64,000 nucleotides of DNA from Campylobacteraceae bacterium (GCA_016744535.1 JADGEE010000001.1:7284-71283); one strand, 5' to 3'; shown: positions 37,039-46,745, counted from the first letter of the stretch. A program made the numbers and translations. Notes: generated from the letters alone by a model not told the origin.

Positions 37039-37839
37039 TTGGTCGATATAGAAAAAATTAAAGCGTATGTTGATAAAGTTCCTCCACTTCCTGAAACTCT
37101 AAGAAATTCATTAAAAGCAATAGAAGATGGTGATTTACCAAAAGCTGCTAGTTTTGCTAAAAACGATCCTGCACTTATGAATTATTTAATTAATTTAGTT
37201 AATAAGCCAATTTTTGGTTTTAAAAAAGAGATAAAAGATGCAGGTCAGATATTTGGAATTTTAGGAATCAACCAAGCTAAACAGTTGATAAGCTCATATT
37301 TAGTCTCTCTTTTAACTCCTAAAGCTTGGAAAACATTTAAAATTTCAAATTCAAAATTTAATAATTTACAAGCTGATTTGATGTTTAATTGGAATAAAGT
37401 CTTAGAGCATTTAGAGTGTGAGGATAGAGAAGTATCTGATACAGCAGTATTAATTCCAGCTTCGATGATAGTTTGTGAAGAGTTATTTAAAGATCATATT
37501 AACGATGTTTTACTCTTAAGAGAAGTAAAAAATTTAGATTATAATACTATACTTAAGAGATTAAGTGGTAAAAGTCTATTTGATATCGCAGCAATTATTG
37601 CTAAAAAATGGAATATGTCAAAAAGAACTCTTAGAGTTTTACTTTTAAGTTCAGGCAAAATGCAAACAAAAGAGGATGATAAAGATTTAATTTATGCAAA
37701 ATATTTACATTTACTATTTTTCTTAGAACTTAGTAAACCCGATATGATAGAGGGTGGTTTAAATGATTTTATAGATTTTAACACTGAATTTATTAAAGAT
37801 ATTTACAAAGAATTTCAAGAGTTAATGGAGATAGATTGA
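37039..37839 (+). CDS. HDOD domain protein
   Basis: The N-terminal VDKVPPLPETLRNSLKAIEDGDL and overall helical pattern are typical of HDOD. TTG start. Confidence 0.75.
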   Translation: MVDIEKIKAYVDKVPPLPETLRNSLKAIEDGDLPKAASFAKNDPALMNYLINLVNKPIFGFKKEIKDAGQIFGILGINQAKQLISSYLVSLLTPKAWKTFKISNSKFNNLQADLMFNWNKVLEHLECEDREVSDTAVLIPASMIVCEELFKDHINDVLLLREVKNLDYNTILKRLSGKSLFDIAAIIAKKWNMSKRTLRVLLLSSGKMQTKEDDKDLIYAKYLHLLFFLELSKPDMIEGGLNDFIDFNTEFIKDIYKEFQELMEID

Positions 37840-39245
37840 AACCGATAACAAAAAATAGAATTGCGATATTTTATCCACAAGGTTTTGTTGATGGTGCAAA
37901 TGCTCCATCTTACATCTCTATGCCTGATACTGATTACTTACTAGGACTTAAAAATATTGATGGTGTTTTAATTTCACTAAAAAAAGTCGTCTTTTTTAAT
38001 AAAAATGGACTTAGCTTTTTAGTTGGAGTTTTGCACCACGTTAAAAAAGAGATGAAAGTTAATATAGGTTTTTGTGATTATGATGATAGAAATTACGCGT
38101 CACTTGTAAAAATGTTTAGTGGGGAGATGGATTTTTGTATCTTTAAAGATTTGCAAACAGCAAATCTATTTATGGGTAGTTCAAAAGTTGCTCCTAATTC
38201 AAATATATTAATTTGGCACGAAGACCCAACTCAAAAAAATTTAATGGTAATTGAGCTTTATGAGCGAGGTTACAATGCAATTGCAGCAAAAGATTTTGGA
38301 GATTATAAAAATAAGATAAAAAAAGAGAATATAGATAAGTATAAAGCAGTTGTAGATAAGTCATTTTTTGGCTCATCTGGTAAAAAAATTGGCTCACACA
38401 GAAAAGGTAATATTATAATTTATACTTTAAGTGGCTATTTAGACGCAAATTCAGCTGAAAAATTTGATATGAATTATCATATGAATTGTTTAAATGTTGG
38501 ATTTAGATTTTTTGTATTTGAAGCAAGTAGAGTTCTCTCATTTAATATTCACGCTTCAAACTTTTTTTCCAAACTTTCAACCGCAGGGGCAGAGTATGGA
38601 GCATCAATTTGTATAGCTGGACTTGATTGGAAAAAGTTGCCAAACTTTAAAGATGGGCTTGAAGATATAGGGATAATATTCTTTAATAGTTTAGATGATG
38701 TATTTTTAGATAAAGATTTACAAGCAGAGATAAATGGTTCTATGGGTGGACTTAATATTAGTAAAAGAAATCTTACCAAAGATATTGTAAAACAGTTACC
38801 AGTCTTTATTGAGGCGGCAGTTCATACTGTAAGAACTCTTACAAATGCAGTTGCAGTTAAAAAGTCAGCTTCAGTATCTAGTTTAAAAATTGATGCAAAA
38901 GGTCAAGATTTAATAGCTAGTTCAATTGGCTTTTATGGTGAAATGGATGGAATGTTAGTTTTAATTTTTCCTAAAAATATAGCTAAAAAAGCTTGTAAAC
39001 TGCTTCTTGGTACAGAAGATGTTGAGAGTGAAGATGAGTTAGCTGATTCACTCGGTGAGCTTGTAAATATTATTGGTGGACGTGTGAAAGCACTTCTAAG
39101 TGATAAAGAGATTAGGGCAAATATTACTCTACCTAGAACTTTTACAAAAACTGCAGAAGTTATAGCCACTATTCAAAATAAAAAAGGTGTTCAAATAGAT
39201 TTAGAATTTAAGAGTGAACCATTTTCTATATTTTTAACTAGATAA
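37836..39245 (+). CDS. multidomain signalling protein: STAS-like, degenerate receiver-like, STAS-like, then C-terminal CheX-like domain
   Basis: RIAIFYPQGFVDGANA and IIIYTLSGYLDANSA are STAS-type starts. ILIWHEDPTQKNLMVIELYERGY is REC-like with HED in place of the acidic pocket. The C-terminus SSIGFYGEMDGMLVLIF...LGELVNIIGG is CheX-like. TTG start with a TTGA overlap. Confidence 0.6.
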   Translation: MKPITKNRIAIFYPQGFVDGANAPSYISMPDTDYLLGLKNIDGVLISLKKVVFFNKNGLSFLVGVLHHVKKEMKVNIGFCDYDDRNYASLVKMFSGEMDFCIFKDLQTANLFMGSSKVAPNSNILIWHEDPTQKNLMVIELYERGYNAIAAKDFGDYKNKIKKENIDKYKAVVDKSFFGSSGKKIGSHRKGNIIIYTLSGYLDANSAEKFDMNYHMNCLNVGFRFFVFEASRVLSFNIHASNFFSKLSTAGAEYGASICIAGLDWKKLPNFKDGLEDIGIIFFNSLDDVFLDKDLQAEINGSMGGLNISKRNLTKDIVKQLPVFIEAAVHTVRTLTNAVAVKKSASVSSLKIDAKGQDLIASSIGFYGEMDGMLVLIFPKNIAKKACKLLLGTEDVESEDELADSLGELVNIIGGRVKALLSDKEIRANITLPRTFTKTAEVIATIQNKKGVQIDLEFKSEPFSIFLTR

Positions 39246-39272
39246 AAAATAATTTTATATATAAGGTAAATA

Positions 39273-39914
39273 ATGTTAATAGCCCCTAGTATTTTATCTG
39301 CTGATTTTGGAAATTTAGCAAGAGATGTAAAAGCGATTTGTGATGCTGGTTGTGATTTAGTTCACGTAGATGTAATGGATGGTCATTTTGTTCCAAACTT
39401 AACAATAGGTCCAGTTGTAGTAGATTCTGTTGCAAAGGCTTCAACAAAACCACTTGATGTGCATTTAATGGTAGAAAATAATAGTTTTTTTGTAGATATT
39501 TTTGCTCCAATTAAACCAGAATATATATCTTTTCATATCGAAGAGGAGAAACACCCTCATAGATTAATTCAAAAAATTAGAAATTTAGGGATTAAACCTG
39601 CAATTGTTTTAAATCCACATAGCCCACCTGAAGATATAGAGTTTTTATTAAATGACTTAGATATGGTTTTACTTATGAGTGTAAATCCTGGTTTTGGTGG
39701 TCAAAAATTTATCGAATCTGTTGTACCAAAAGTTAAAAGATTAAAAGATTTAATAATCAAACAAAATTCAAATGCTCTAATTGAAGTTGATGGCGGAGTT
39801 AATGACAAAAATATAATAGAGTTAAAAGATGCAGGAGTTGATATTGTGGTAGCTGGTAGTTTTGTTTTTAAATCAGAAAATTATAAAAGTGCCATAGATA
39901 AATTAAAAGTTTAA
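39273..39914 (+). CDS. rpe: ribulose-phosphate 3-epimerase
   Basis: IAPSILSADF...HVDVMDGHFVPN...MSVNPGFGGQKF...DGG. Confidence 0.95.
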   Translation: MLIAPSILSADFGNLARDVKAICDAGCDLVHVDVMDGHFVPNLTIGPVVVDSVAKASTKPLDVHLMVENNSFFVDIFAPIKPEYISFHIEEEKHPHRLIQKIRNLGIKPAIVLNPHSPPEDIEFLLNDLDMVLLMSVNPGFGGQKFIESVVPKVKRLKDLIIKQNSNALIEVDGGVNDKNIIELKDAGVDIVVAGSFVFKSENYKSAIDKLKV

Positions 39915-39923
39915 GGATAGTTT

Positions 39924-40514
39924 TTGAGAGTTAAAATTTGTGGTATTACGAATTTAGAAGATGCCTTAAATGCAATTAAATTTGGGGCAGATGCATTAGG
40001 TTTTGTATTTTATGAAAAATCTCCTAGATATATCTCACCTCAAAATGCTTTAAAAATAGTTGATTATCTTCCTCCGTTTATTGAAAGAGTTGGACTTTTT
40101 GTAAATGAAAATGCACAAAATATAGATGAGATTTGCACTCTATCAAAGATGAGTTTGGCTCAAATCCATTTTGAAGCTAACGAACAACTATATCAAAACT
40201 TAAAAACAAAATATATAAAAGTAATTAGAGTAAAAACAAAAGAGGATATTATTAAAAACTCAAATGAATATAGATTAGTTGATGCTTTTGTAGAGGAGTT
40301 TGGAGGAAGTGGAAAAAGATTAAATTTAGAGTGGTTTAAAAATATAGATTGCTCTAAAATTATCTTAGCTGGTGGATTAAATAGTAGTAATTTAAATGAG
40401 TTAAAAAAATTCAATTTTTATGGTGTTGATGTGAGTAGTGGAGTTGAACACTCAAAAGGTAAAAAAGACACTTTAAAAGTAAAAGAGTTTATAAATAAAG
40501 CAAAGAGGCTATAA
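39924..40514 (+). CDS. trpF: phosphoribosylanthranilate isomerase
   Basis: MRVKICGIT...GADALGFVF...SPRY. TTG start. Confidence 0.9.
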   Translation: MRVKICGITNLEDALNAIKFGADALGFVFYEKSPRYISPQNALKIVDYLPPFIERVGLFVNENAQNIDEICTLSKMSLAQIHFEANEQLYQNLKTKYIKVIRVKTKEDIIKNSNEYRLVDAFVEEFGGSGKRLNLEWFKNIDCSKIILAGGLNSSNLNELKKFNFYGVDVSSGVEHSKGKKDTLKVKEFINKAKRL

Positions 40515-41333
40515 ATGAAGATACTTGATGTAAAAAAAACAAAACCAAAACCAAAAAAAATAGAATCAGAACTAAATTATGATGAAATAATATCAAAATT
40601 TAAAAAAGGTTCTTTAGCAAAAGATTATCTATATAGATTATTATCTAAAATAGATGGTGCTCAAACTCCTTCAACTCATATTGAAATATTAATTGCTTCA
40701 GGTTTGCCAATAGTTAAAAAGAATCAAAGATATATACTTGAGACAAAAACAACTCCATATAAAGAGCAGGTTTTTTGTATAGTTGATATTGAAACAAATG
40801 GAAGTAAAGCACCAAAAGACCAAATTATTGAAATTGGTGCTGTTAAGTATCAAAATGGAAAAATTATAGATAGTTTTAAGTCTTTAGTTTATACAAAAAG
40901 CATACCTGTTCATGTAAGTAAAGTTACAAATATTACAATAGAAGATTTAAAAGATGCACCGAAAAATAAAGATGTATTAAAAGAGTTTAAACTTTTTTTA
41001 GCTGATAGTGTTTTTGTTGCTCACAATGTAAAATTTGATTATAATTTTATTTCTGCTTGGCTTGAAAAAATTGGTTATGGAAAGTTAGTAAATAGACATC
41101 TTTGTAGTATTGATTTAGCAAAAAGAACAATAAATAGTTCTAAATTTGGACTTCAATACTTAAAAGAACACTTAAATATTGATGATTATATTATGCATAG
41201 AGCTTATGAGGATGCTCTAGCTACTGCGAAAGTTTTTGAGTATTCAATAAGTCAATTACCTAAAAATATTAAAACTACTGAAGATTTAATAGACTTTTCA
41301 AAATCTGATAATATCATTGCAAAAACCAATTAA
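40515..41333 (+). CDS. DEDDh 3'-5' exonuclease (DnaQ/epsilon-like) with N-terminal extension
   Basis: Exo I FCIVDIETNG. Exo II VAHNVKFDYNF. Exo III HRAYEDA. Confidence 0.8.
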   Translation: MKILDVKKTKPKPKKIESELNYDEIISKFKKGSLAKDYLYRLLSKIDGAQTPSTHIEILIASGLPIVKKNQRYILETKTTPYKEQVFCIVDIETNGSKAPKDQIIEIGAVKYQNGKIIDSFKSLVYTKSIPVHVSKVTNITIEDLKDAPKNKDVLKEFKLFLADSVFVAHNVKFDYNFISAWLEKIGYGKLVNRHLCSIDLAKRTINSSKFGLQYLKEHLNIDDYIMHRAYEDALATAKVFEYSISQLPKNIKTTEDLIDFSKSDNIIAKTN

Positions 41334-41454
41334 TTTATATTTAACTCTCCTCTATCCATTTTAAGTTTCATAAAAAAATTTAAAAAAATAGTAACTTTTA
41401 TTTATAAATTTAAAAAAAAAGTGTAGAATAAGTAAAATTTATAAAAGGATATTT

Positions 41455-42720
41455 ATGAATCAAGAAACTATTGGAATCCACTATGGATACGAAAAAGATA
41501 ATCAAAAAACAATGGCAGTACCAATTTATCAAAGTACAGCTTATGACTTTGGAAGTGCTGATTTTGCAGCTAGTAGTTTTAATTTAGAACAAGGTACTGA
41601 TAATGTTTATACTCGTGTGGGAAATCCTACAACAGCAGTATTAGAGAGAAGATTTGCAGAGTATGAGGGTGGAAGTGCAGCGTTAGCCGTTGCTAGTGGA
41701 ATGAGTGCAATTTTTTATAGTATCATCAATGTAGCAGATGCTGGAGATAATATTATTAGTACAAGTCAGCTTTATGGTGGAACTGTTACGCTATTTAGAC
41801 ACACTTTAAAGAGACTAGGAATTGAAGTTAGATTTTTTGATAAATTAAATCCTGAAAGTATAGATGATTTGGTTGATGAGAATACTAAAGCGATATTTTT
41901 TGAATCAATTGCAAACCCTAGTATTGATGTGCCTGATTTTGAAAAAATTGCAGAAATTGCAAATAGACATAAAATTATTACAATAGTTGATAATACAGTG
42001 GCAACTCCAGTTTTATGTAAGCCTTTTGATTTTGGAATTGATGTTTCAATTCATAGTGCTAGTAAATACGCAACTGGTCAAGGCTTAGCAATTGGTGGAT
42101 TAATTGTTGAGAGAAAAAATTTAGTAGAAAAAATCAAAGATAATCCTAGATACCCACACTTTAATACTCCTGAAGTTAGTTATCACGGATTAATTTTTGC
42201 AAATCCTCCAGTAAATGGAATATTATTTACTTTTAGAGTTAGAATGATTCTTTTAAGAGATACAGGTGCAGTTTTAAGTCCATTTAATTCGTGGTTATTT
42301 ATTCAAGGGCTTGAAACTCTTTCACTTAGAATGGCTAAACATTCAAGCAATGCGTTAGCTATAGCTAAATATTTAGAATCTCATCCAAAAGTTAAAACAG
42401 TTAATTACGCATTTTTAGAGAGTAGTAAAAATTATAAGAGAGCTAATAAGTATCTAAAAGCTGGAAGTGGATTAGTTAGTTTTGAAGTTGATAGTTTTGA
42501 TGAGGCTAAAAAGGTTCTTGATAGTGTTAAAATTTTCTCAATTGTTGCAAATATCGGAGATTCAAAATCTACTATTAATCACTCTGCCTCAACTACGCAT
42601 CAACAATTAAGTGCTGATGAGAGGAGTGCTTGTGGTGTTAAAGATGGTCTTATTAGACTTAGTGTTGGAATTGAAAACGAAGAGGATTTGATTAACGATT
42701 TAAAAAAGGCTTTAGCTTAA
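41455..42720 (+). CDS. metY: O-acetylhomoserine sulfhydrylase / aminocarboxypropyltransferase (PLP)
   Basis: Cys/Met-metabolism PLP family. YTRVGNPT, VDNTVATP, SASKY (PLP lysine), RLSVGIE. Confidence 0.9.
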   Translation: MNQETIGIHYGYEKDNQKTMAVPIYQSTAYDFGSADFAASSFNLEQGTDNVYTRVGNPTTAVLERRFAEYEGGSAALAVASGMSAIFYSIINVADAGDNIISTSQLYGGTVTLFRHTLKRLGIEVRFFDKLNPESIDDLVDENTKAIFFESIANPSIDVPDFEKIAEIANRHKIITIVDNTVATPVLCKPFDFGIDVSIHSASKYATGQGLAIGGLIVERKNLVEKIKDNPRYPHFNTPEVSYHGLIFANPPVNGILFTFRVRMILLRDTGAVLSPFNSWLFIQGLETLSLRMAKHSSNALAIAKYLESHPKVKTVNYAFLESSKNYKRANKYLKAGSGLVSFEVDSFDEAKKVLDSVKIFSIVANIGDSKSTINHSASTTHQQLSADERSACGVKDGLIRLSVGIENEEDLINDLKKALA

Positions 42721-42869
42721 TTGTCTTCTTTTTCACTCTTCATATTTTTATCATCTTTTAATTCCGTCAATATACTGACTTGTTCCTCTGTTATATCGCC
42801 AACTAACTTTGCTATTATAAATTCTAAATCACATATAGAATCACCATTTATTTCAATATCTTGACACAT
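42717..42869 (-). CDS. 50-aa acidic hypothetical protein (MCQDIEINGDSICDLEFIIAKLVGDITEEQVSILTELKDDKNMKSEKEDN)
   Basis: ATG preceded by an AAGGA SD 7 nt upstream. Its stop overlaps the metY stop. It is below the ORF-track cutoff. Confidence 0.3.
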   Translation of the reverse strand: MCQDIEINGDSICDLEFIIAKLVGDITEEQVSILTELKDDKNMKSEKEDN

Positions 42870-42998
42870 ATATAATCCTTTTTTATATAATTAATTTTAA
42901 AATAATACTAAATTACAACTGTTATTTTATTAACTAAATAAATATAAAAATTAACTATAAATTATAAATTATAAAAATTTAAGTTTAAAGTGAAATTT

Positions 42999-43007
42999 TG
43001 TTATAAT
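42999..43007 (+). promoter_or_regulatory. extended -10 box TGTTATAAT upstream of the AMMECR1 gene
   Basis: Exact TGnTATAAT 21 nt upstream of the ATG at 43028. Confidence 0.35.
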
Positions 43008-43027
43008 TCAAATAAAAAAGGCTAAAT

Positions 43028-43600
43028 ATGGAAAAATTAAAAGATATACTTTTAAAAATTGCAAGAGATTCAATAAATGAAGTTTTAACCAATAAAAAAT
43101 TAGTTGATAAAGAAAAACTTTTAAAAAAATACCCAGAACTTGGTGAAGATAGAGCAGTTTTTGTAACAATAACTGAAGATAAAAGCTTAAGAGGCTGTAT
43201 CGGCTCAATCGTACCTAGAAGAACTCTACTTGAAGATTTAATTGAAAATGCAAAATCAGCTGCTTTTGCTGATCCTAGATTTAATGCACTATTAAAAGAT
43301 GAATTTAACAAAATTCAAATTGAAGTTTCTATTTTAACTATTCCAGAAGAAATTGAATATAATGATATGAAAGAGTTAGAGAATAAAGTTAGACCTAATA
43401 TTGACGGTGTAATTGTAAAACTACACGATAAACAAGCTACATTTTTACCACAAGTTTGGGAACAACTTTTTGACTTTGAGACATTTTTAGCAAAACTGTA
43501 TTTAAAAGCTGGAATTACAACACACTATTTAGTTTCAACAGAAGACCAACCTGAAATTTATACTTATCAAGTAGAAAAATTTGAAGAGGAGTGCTTATAA
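43028..43600 (+). CDS. AMMECR1-domain protein (AmmeMemoRadiSam system protein A-like)
   Basis: LRGCIGS signature and DPRF. A 190-aa single domain. Confidence 0.85.
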   Translation: MEKLKDILLKIARDSINEVLTNKKLVDKEKLLKKYPELGEDRAVFVTITEDKSLRGCIGSIVPRRTLLEDLIENAKSAAFADPRFNALLKDEFNKIQIEVSILTIPEEIEYNDMKELENKVRPNIDGVIVKLHDKQATFLPQVWEQLFDFETFLAKLYLKAGITTHYLVSTEDQPEIYTYQVEKFEEECL

Positions 43601-43606
43601 TATATA

Positions 43607-43966
43607 TTACATCTTCTTTTTCAAATCTCCTCCATATACAATATTTTCTGCATTTAAATTATTATCTTTTAAAACTTCAGGAATAACACCATTTTTAGCA
43701 AAATTCTCTCTAGCTTCATTTAACTCATCTTCTGTATAAGAGTAAATCATATCAGCTGATATTATATTAGCCATTGTTTCTAAAATTTTTAATTTTTTAA
43801 TCTCTTCACTAATTCCGTTACCTTCAATTGTAACAACAATTCTACCGAATTCATCGTGCATATGTACATCACAAATTTCACTATTATTTAACTCTTTTAA
43901 AACCTCATCTAAATTTTGCGGATTTGTTTTGATAACTATACTTGAAATATTCATTTTAGCCTCCAT
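43607..43966 (-). CDS. napD: periplasmic nitrate reductase chaperone NapD
   Basis: ISSIVIKT.P.....V...L......C.VH.....GRIVVTIEG pattern. Its position after napL supports the call. Confidence 0.7.
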   Translation of the reverse strand: MEAKMNISSIVIKTNPQNLDEVLKELNNSEICDVHMHDEFGRIVVTIEGNGISEEIKKLKILETMANIISADMIYSYTEDELNEARENFAKNGVIPEVLKDNNLNAENIVYGGDLKKKM

Positions 43967-44901
43967 TGTATTATATTTTCATCATCACTTGAACTAAAGA
44001 TAACATCTTCATTTAGAAAAAAGATATTATTTATAGTTGATTTATGCCCTTTTAAAAAATAAATTATCTCTTTTTTTTCAATATTTAAAATAGCTATATC
44101 GTTTTGTTCATTATAAGCAAATGCCCCAAGTTTTGCATTTGGCGAGAGTGAAGCGGAGTAAATTAAAAAGTTTGTCTGTTTATAAAAATATTTACCGCTT
44201 TGAACATCATAAATCGAAGCTCGTCTATCTTGACCAGCACCTATTACTAATTCTTTTTTATAATCAACTTTATAAACATTATCTACATTTGCACCTTTTA
44301 ATATTTTAATAATATTTCCACTTTTAGTATCAATTATAAATATTTCGCCTGACTCACAGCTAAAAGCTACTTTTGATTTATCTCCATTAAAAGCAAAATC
44401 TGAAAATGAAGAGTTAGTAATCTGTTTTTGATAAATAATTTTCTTAGAATCTAATTCAAACAAAACTATTTCACCACTCATAAGAGCTAAAAAGAGTCTG
44501 TTATCGCTTAAAAATTTAGCTTTTTTAATAAATAGCTTTCTATTTTCACTAATCACTTTTGTTAAAATTTTATCTTTAATAAAAATTTCTCTTCCGCCTA
44601 AATTACCTTGAGTTAGCATTAATATTTTATCTCTATTTGCTGAAACATCAATAGAAAATATCTTAGATTCTTTCTCTTCATCAAAAAAATTTACAATTTT
44701 AGGAACTTTTATGGAATTAGTTAATATTTTAGTTTTTGTATCAAAAATATCAACACTGCCCATATCAGTTGCCACAAAAAGTTTATTATCTATATGTACA
44801 AAATCTATTACAAATCCATTTGCTTTATAAATGTATTTAGGTTTTATATCTTTTGCAAATAAAGATATAGTTATTATTAATAAAATAGATAAATATTTCA
44901 C
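43951..44901 (-). CDS. napL: periplasmic beta-propeller protein NapL
   Basis: Signal peptide plus WD/beta-propeller-like repeats. It lies between napF and napD, as in the epsilonproteobacterial nap gene order. Confidence 0.65.
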   Translation of the reverse strand: MKYLSILLIITISLFAKDIKPKYIYKANGFVIDFVHIDNKLFVATDMGSVDIFDTKTKILTNSIKVPKIVNFFDEEKESKIFSIDVSANRDKILMLTQGNLGGREIFIKDKILTKVISENRKLFIKKAKFLSDNRLFLALMSGEIVLFELDSKKIIYQKQITNSSFSDFAFNGDKSKVAFSCESGEIFIIDTKSGNIIKILKGANVDNVYKVDYKKELVIGAGQDRRASIYDVQSGKYFYKQTNFLIYSASLSPNAKLGAFAYNEQNDIAILNIEKKEIIYFLKGHKSTINNIFFLNEDVIFSSSDDENIIQWRLK

Positions 44902-45377
44902 TCTTTTGCCTTTATTTCAATTGCATTTACAGGACACGGGCTATAACAAAAACCACACGCTACACAGTTATCTTTAATTTCAGGTCTAAATAGTCCTAAA
45001 AATTCTATTGAGTTATAATGACAAGCATCTTTACAAGAGAAACACATTGTATTATTCCAAGCCAAACACAGAGTTAAATCTATTTTGACAGTTGCATTTA
45101 TGGCTTCTGTATTATCTAAAGATAATATCCCTTTCGGACAACTATTTGCACACTCTTTACAAAATGTACAACCATTACTTTTAAAGTTTAAAAAAGGAAT
45201 CTTAAATTTATCTATTTCTATTATACTCTCTTCACAAACACTTTTGCAAATACCATCACACTCTACACACTCTTTAAATAAGTTTGAATTATAAGGGGGT
45301 CTAATGACTTTAATCTCTTTGGGTTTTAAAAGAGTAGAGAGAGTTTTAAATAAGCTTCTTTTAGTTTTATCTATCAT
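44898..45377 (-). CDS. napF: ferredoxin-type protein NapF (multiple [4Fe-4S] motifs)
   Basis: Cys clusters CVECDGICKSVC, CTFCKECANSCP, CFSCKDAC and CVACGFCYSPCP. Confidence 0.75.
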   Translation of the reverse strand: MIDKTKRSLFKTLSTLLKPKEIKVIRPPYNSNLFKECVECDGICKSVCEESIIEIDKFKIPFLNFKSNGCTFCKECANSCPKGILSLDNTEAINATVKIDLTLCLAWNNTMCFSCKDACHYNSIEFLGLFRPEIKDNCVACGFCYSPCPVNAIEIKAKE

Positions 45378-45448
45378 TTGAGTTTTTACCCCTTTTATTT
45401 AATATATCTAATTAATATAAATATATTAAACTCTCTATATGCTTATAA

Positions 45449-45457
45449 TGTTATAAT
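45449..45457 (+). promoter_or_regulatory. extended -10 box TGTTATAAT upstream of the 143-aa gene
   Basis: Exact TGnTATAAT, with an adjacent GCTTATAAT copy at 45441-45449. It lies 48 nt before the ATG at 45505. Confidence 0.3.
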
Positions 45458-45504
45458 TTTCTAATTTAAAAACCATAAAATAATTTAATATGTAAGGAAA
45501 ATAT

Positions 45505-45936
45505 ATGAGTGAATTTGATTTTGAAAAAGCATTTGATAACTGTAATATAGATGAGCAACAACAGTGTGACACTCCAGCTGAAGACGAAGAGGCACAGACA
45601 TTTGCTAATTTAATTAAAACTAAACTATTAAATCCAAATTTTAGTGGAGTTAATTTTTCACGATGGGATGTTAAGAGAATCGCTTATGAATTTGGAGAAA
45701 AAATCCCAACTGATGAGAGAAAAAAGATGATAGCACAACTACTGAAATATGTAGATTCTGAAGAGACTTTAAATAAATTATTTAATATTATCAAAAAATT
45801 TATTGATGAGAGAGTTGGAATCTATAATGAATTATCTCAAACTTTTCCAGCTTCAAAACCTATTTTTGATGGTTATATCGTAAAAACCAATGATGCAAAA
45901 AAACTACTTGATGATATAGCGAAGGGTAATTATTGA
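45505..45936 (+). CDS. 143-aa hypothetical protein with acidic N-terminus
   Basis: AAGGAAA SD. 4-nt overlap with the ymdB-like gene. No motif recognised. Confidence 0.55.
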   Translation: MSEFDFEKAFDNCNIDEQQQCDTPAEDEEAQTFANLIKTKLLNPNFSGVNFSRWDVKRIAYEFGEKIPTDERKKMIAQLLKYVDSEETLNKLFNIIKKFIDERVGIYNELSQTFPASKPIFDGYIVKTNDAKKLLDDIAKGNY

Positions 45937-46745
45937 TAATTGCTTTTATAGGCGATATTGTTGGACGACCTGGTAGGAAAATTGTAAAACAGCACTTAAA
46001 TTCTATAAGAGATGAGTTTAATATAGATTTTGTAATTGCAAATAGTGAAAATGCAAGTCACGGCTTTGGTTTAACTATGAAAAATTCAAAAGAGCTTTTT
46101 AACTCTGGAATAGATTTAATGACTGGAGGAAATCATACTTGGGATAAAAAAGATATTTTAGCTTTGCTTGAAATAGAACCAATACTTCGACCTCATAATT
46201 ATCCTAGTGGAGTTCACGGCACAGGAGTTTTTAAAACAGAGATAAATGGAGAAAAATTAGCAATTTTAAATTTAATGGGTGTCTATACGATGCCTATGGT
46301 TACAAATCCATTTATTTGTGCTAAAGATGAAGTTGTAAAACTTAGAGAAGATGGCTATAAAAATATTTTCATAGATTTTCACGCAGAAGCTACAAGTGAG
46401 AAAAGAGGATTACAGCAGATGTTAAAGGGTCAAGTTAGTGCAATTTGTGGAACTCATACACACATTGGAACAGATGATTTAAGCATACAAGATGATACAC
46501 TTTATGTAACAGATGTAGGTTTAACAGGATGCCGTGATAATGTAATCGGAATGGAAAGCACAGCCCCAATTAAAAAATTTTTAACGGGACTTCCTGCAAA
46601 ATATGATATTCCAAACAGTTGTAAATCTATTTTACAACTTATTGTAATTGAGTTAAATGATGGAAAAGCAGTTGATGGATTTAAGATAAAAGTTTATGAT
46701 GAGGGTAAACCTCAAGTAGTTCAAAAAGCTTTTAGAGAGAATTAA
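45933..46745 (+). CDS. ymdB: YmdB-family metallophosphoesterase (2',3'-cyclic-nucleotide phosphodiesterase-like)
   Basis: IAFIGDIVGRPGR...NSENASHGFG...GNHTWD...DFHAEATSEK...GTHTH. Confidence 0.9.
   Translation: MIIAFIGDIVGRPGRKIVKQHLNSIRDEFNIDFVIANSENASHGFGLTMKNSKELFNSGIDLMTGGNHTWDKKDILALLEIEPILRPHNYPSGVHGTGVFKTEINGEKLAILNLMGVYTMPMVTNPFICAKDEVVKLREDGYKNIFIDFHAEATSEKRGLQQMLKGQVSAICGTHTHIGTDDLSIQDDTLYVTDVGLTGCRDNVIGMESTAPIKKFLTGLPAKYDIPNSCKSILQLIVIELNDGKAVDGFKIKVYDEGKPQVVQKAFREN

Noticed and set aside
38194-39169. Three minus-strand ORFs (38194-38397, 38549-38779, 38933-39169) inside the STAS/CheX gene
   Set aside because: All are antisense to one continuous 469-aa ORF with recognisable domains.
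41334-41454. SAM riboswitch or other leader upstream of metY
   Set aside because: There are only about 120 nt of nearly G/C-free sequence, too short and unstructured for a SAM-I/II-type element.
42985-43311. Two overlapping minus-strand ORFs opposite the AMMECR1 gene
   Set aside because: The plus-strand product carries the diagnostic LRGCIGS motif. The minus frames are S/L/F-rich antisense artefacts.
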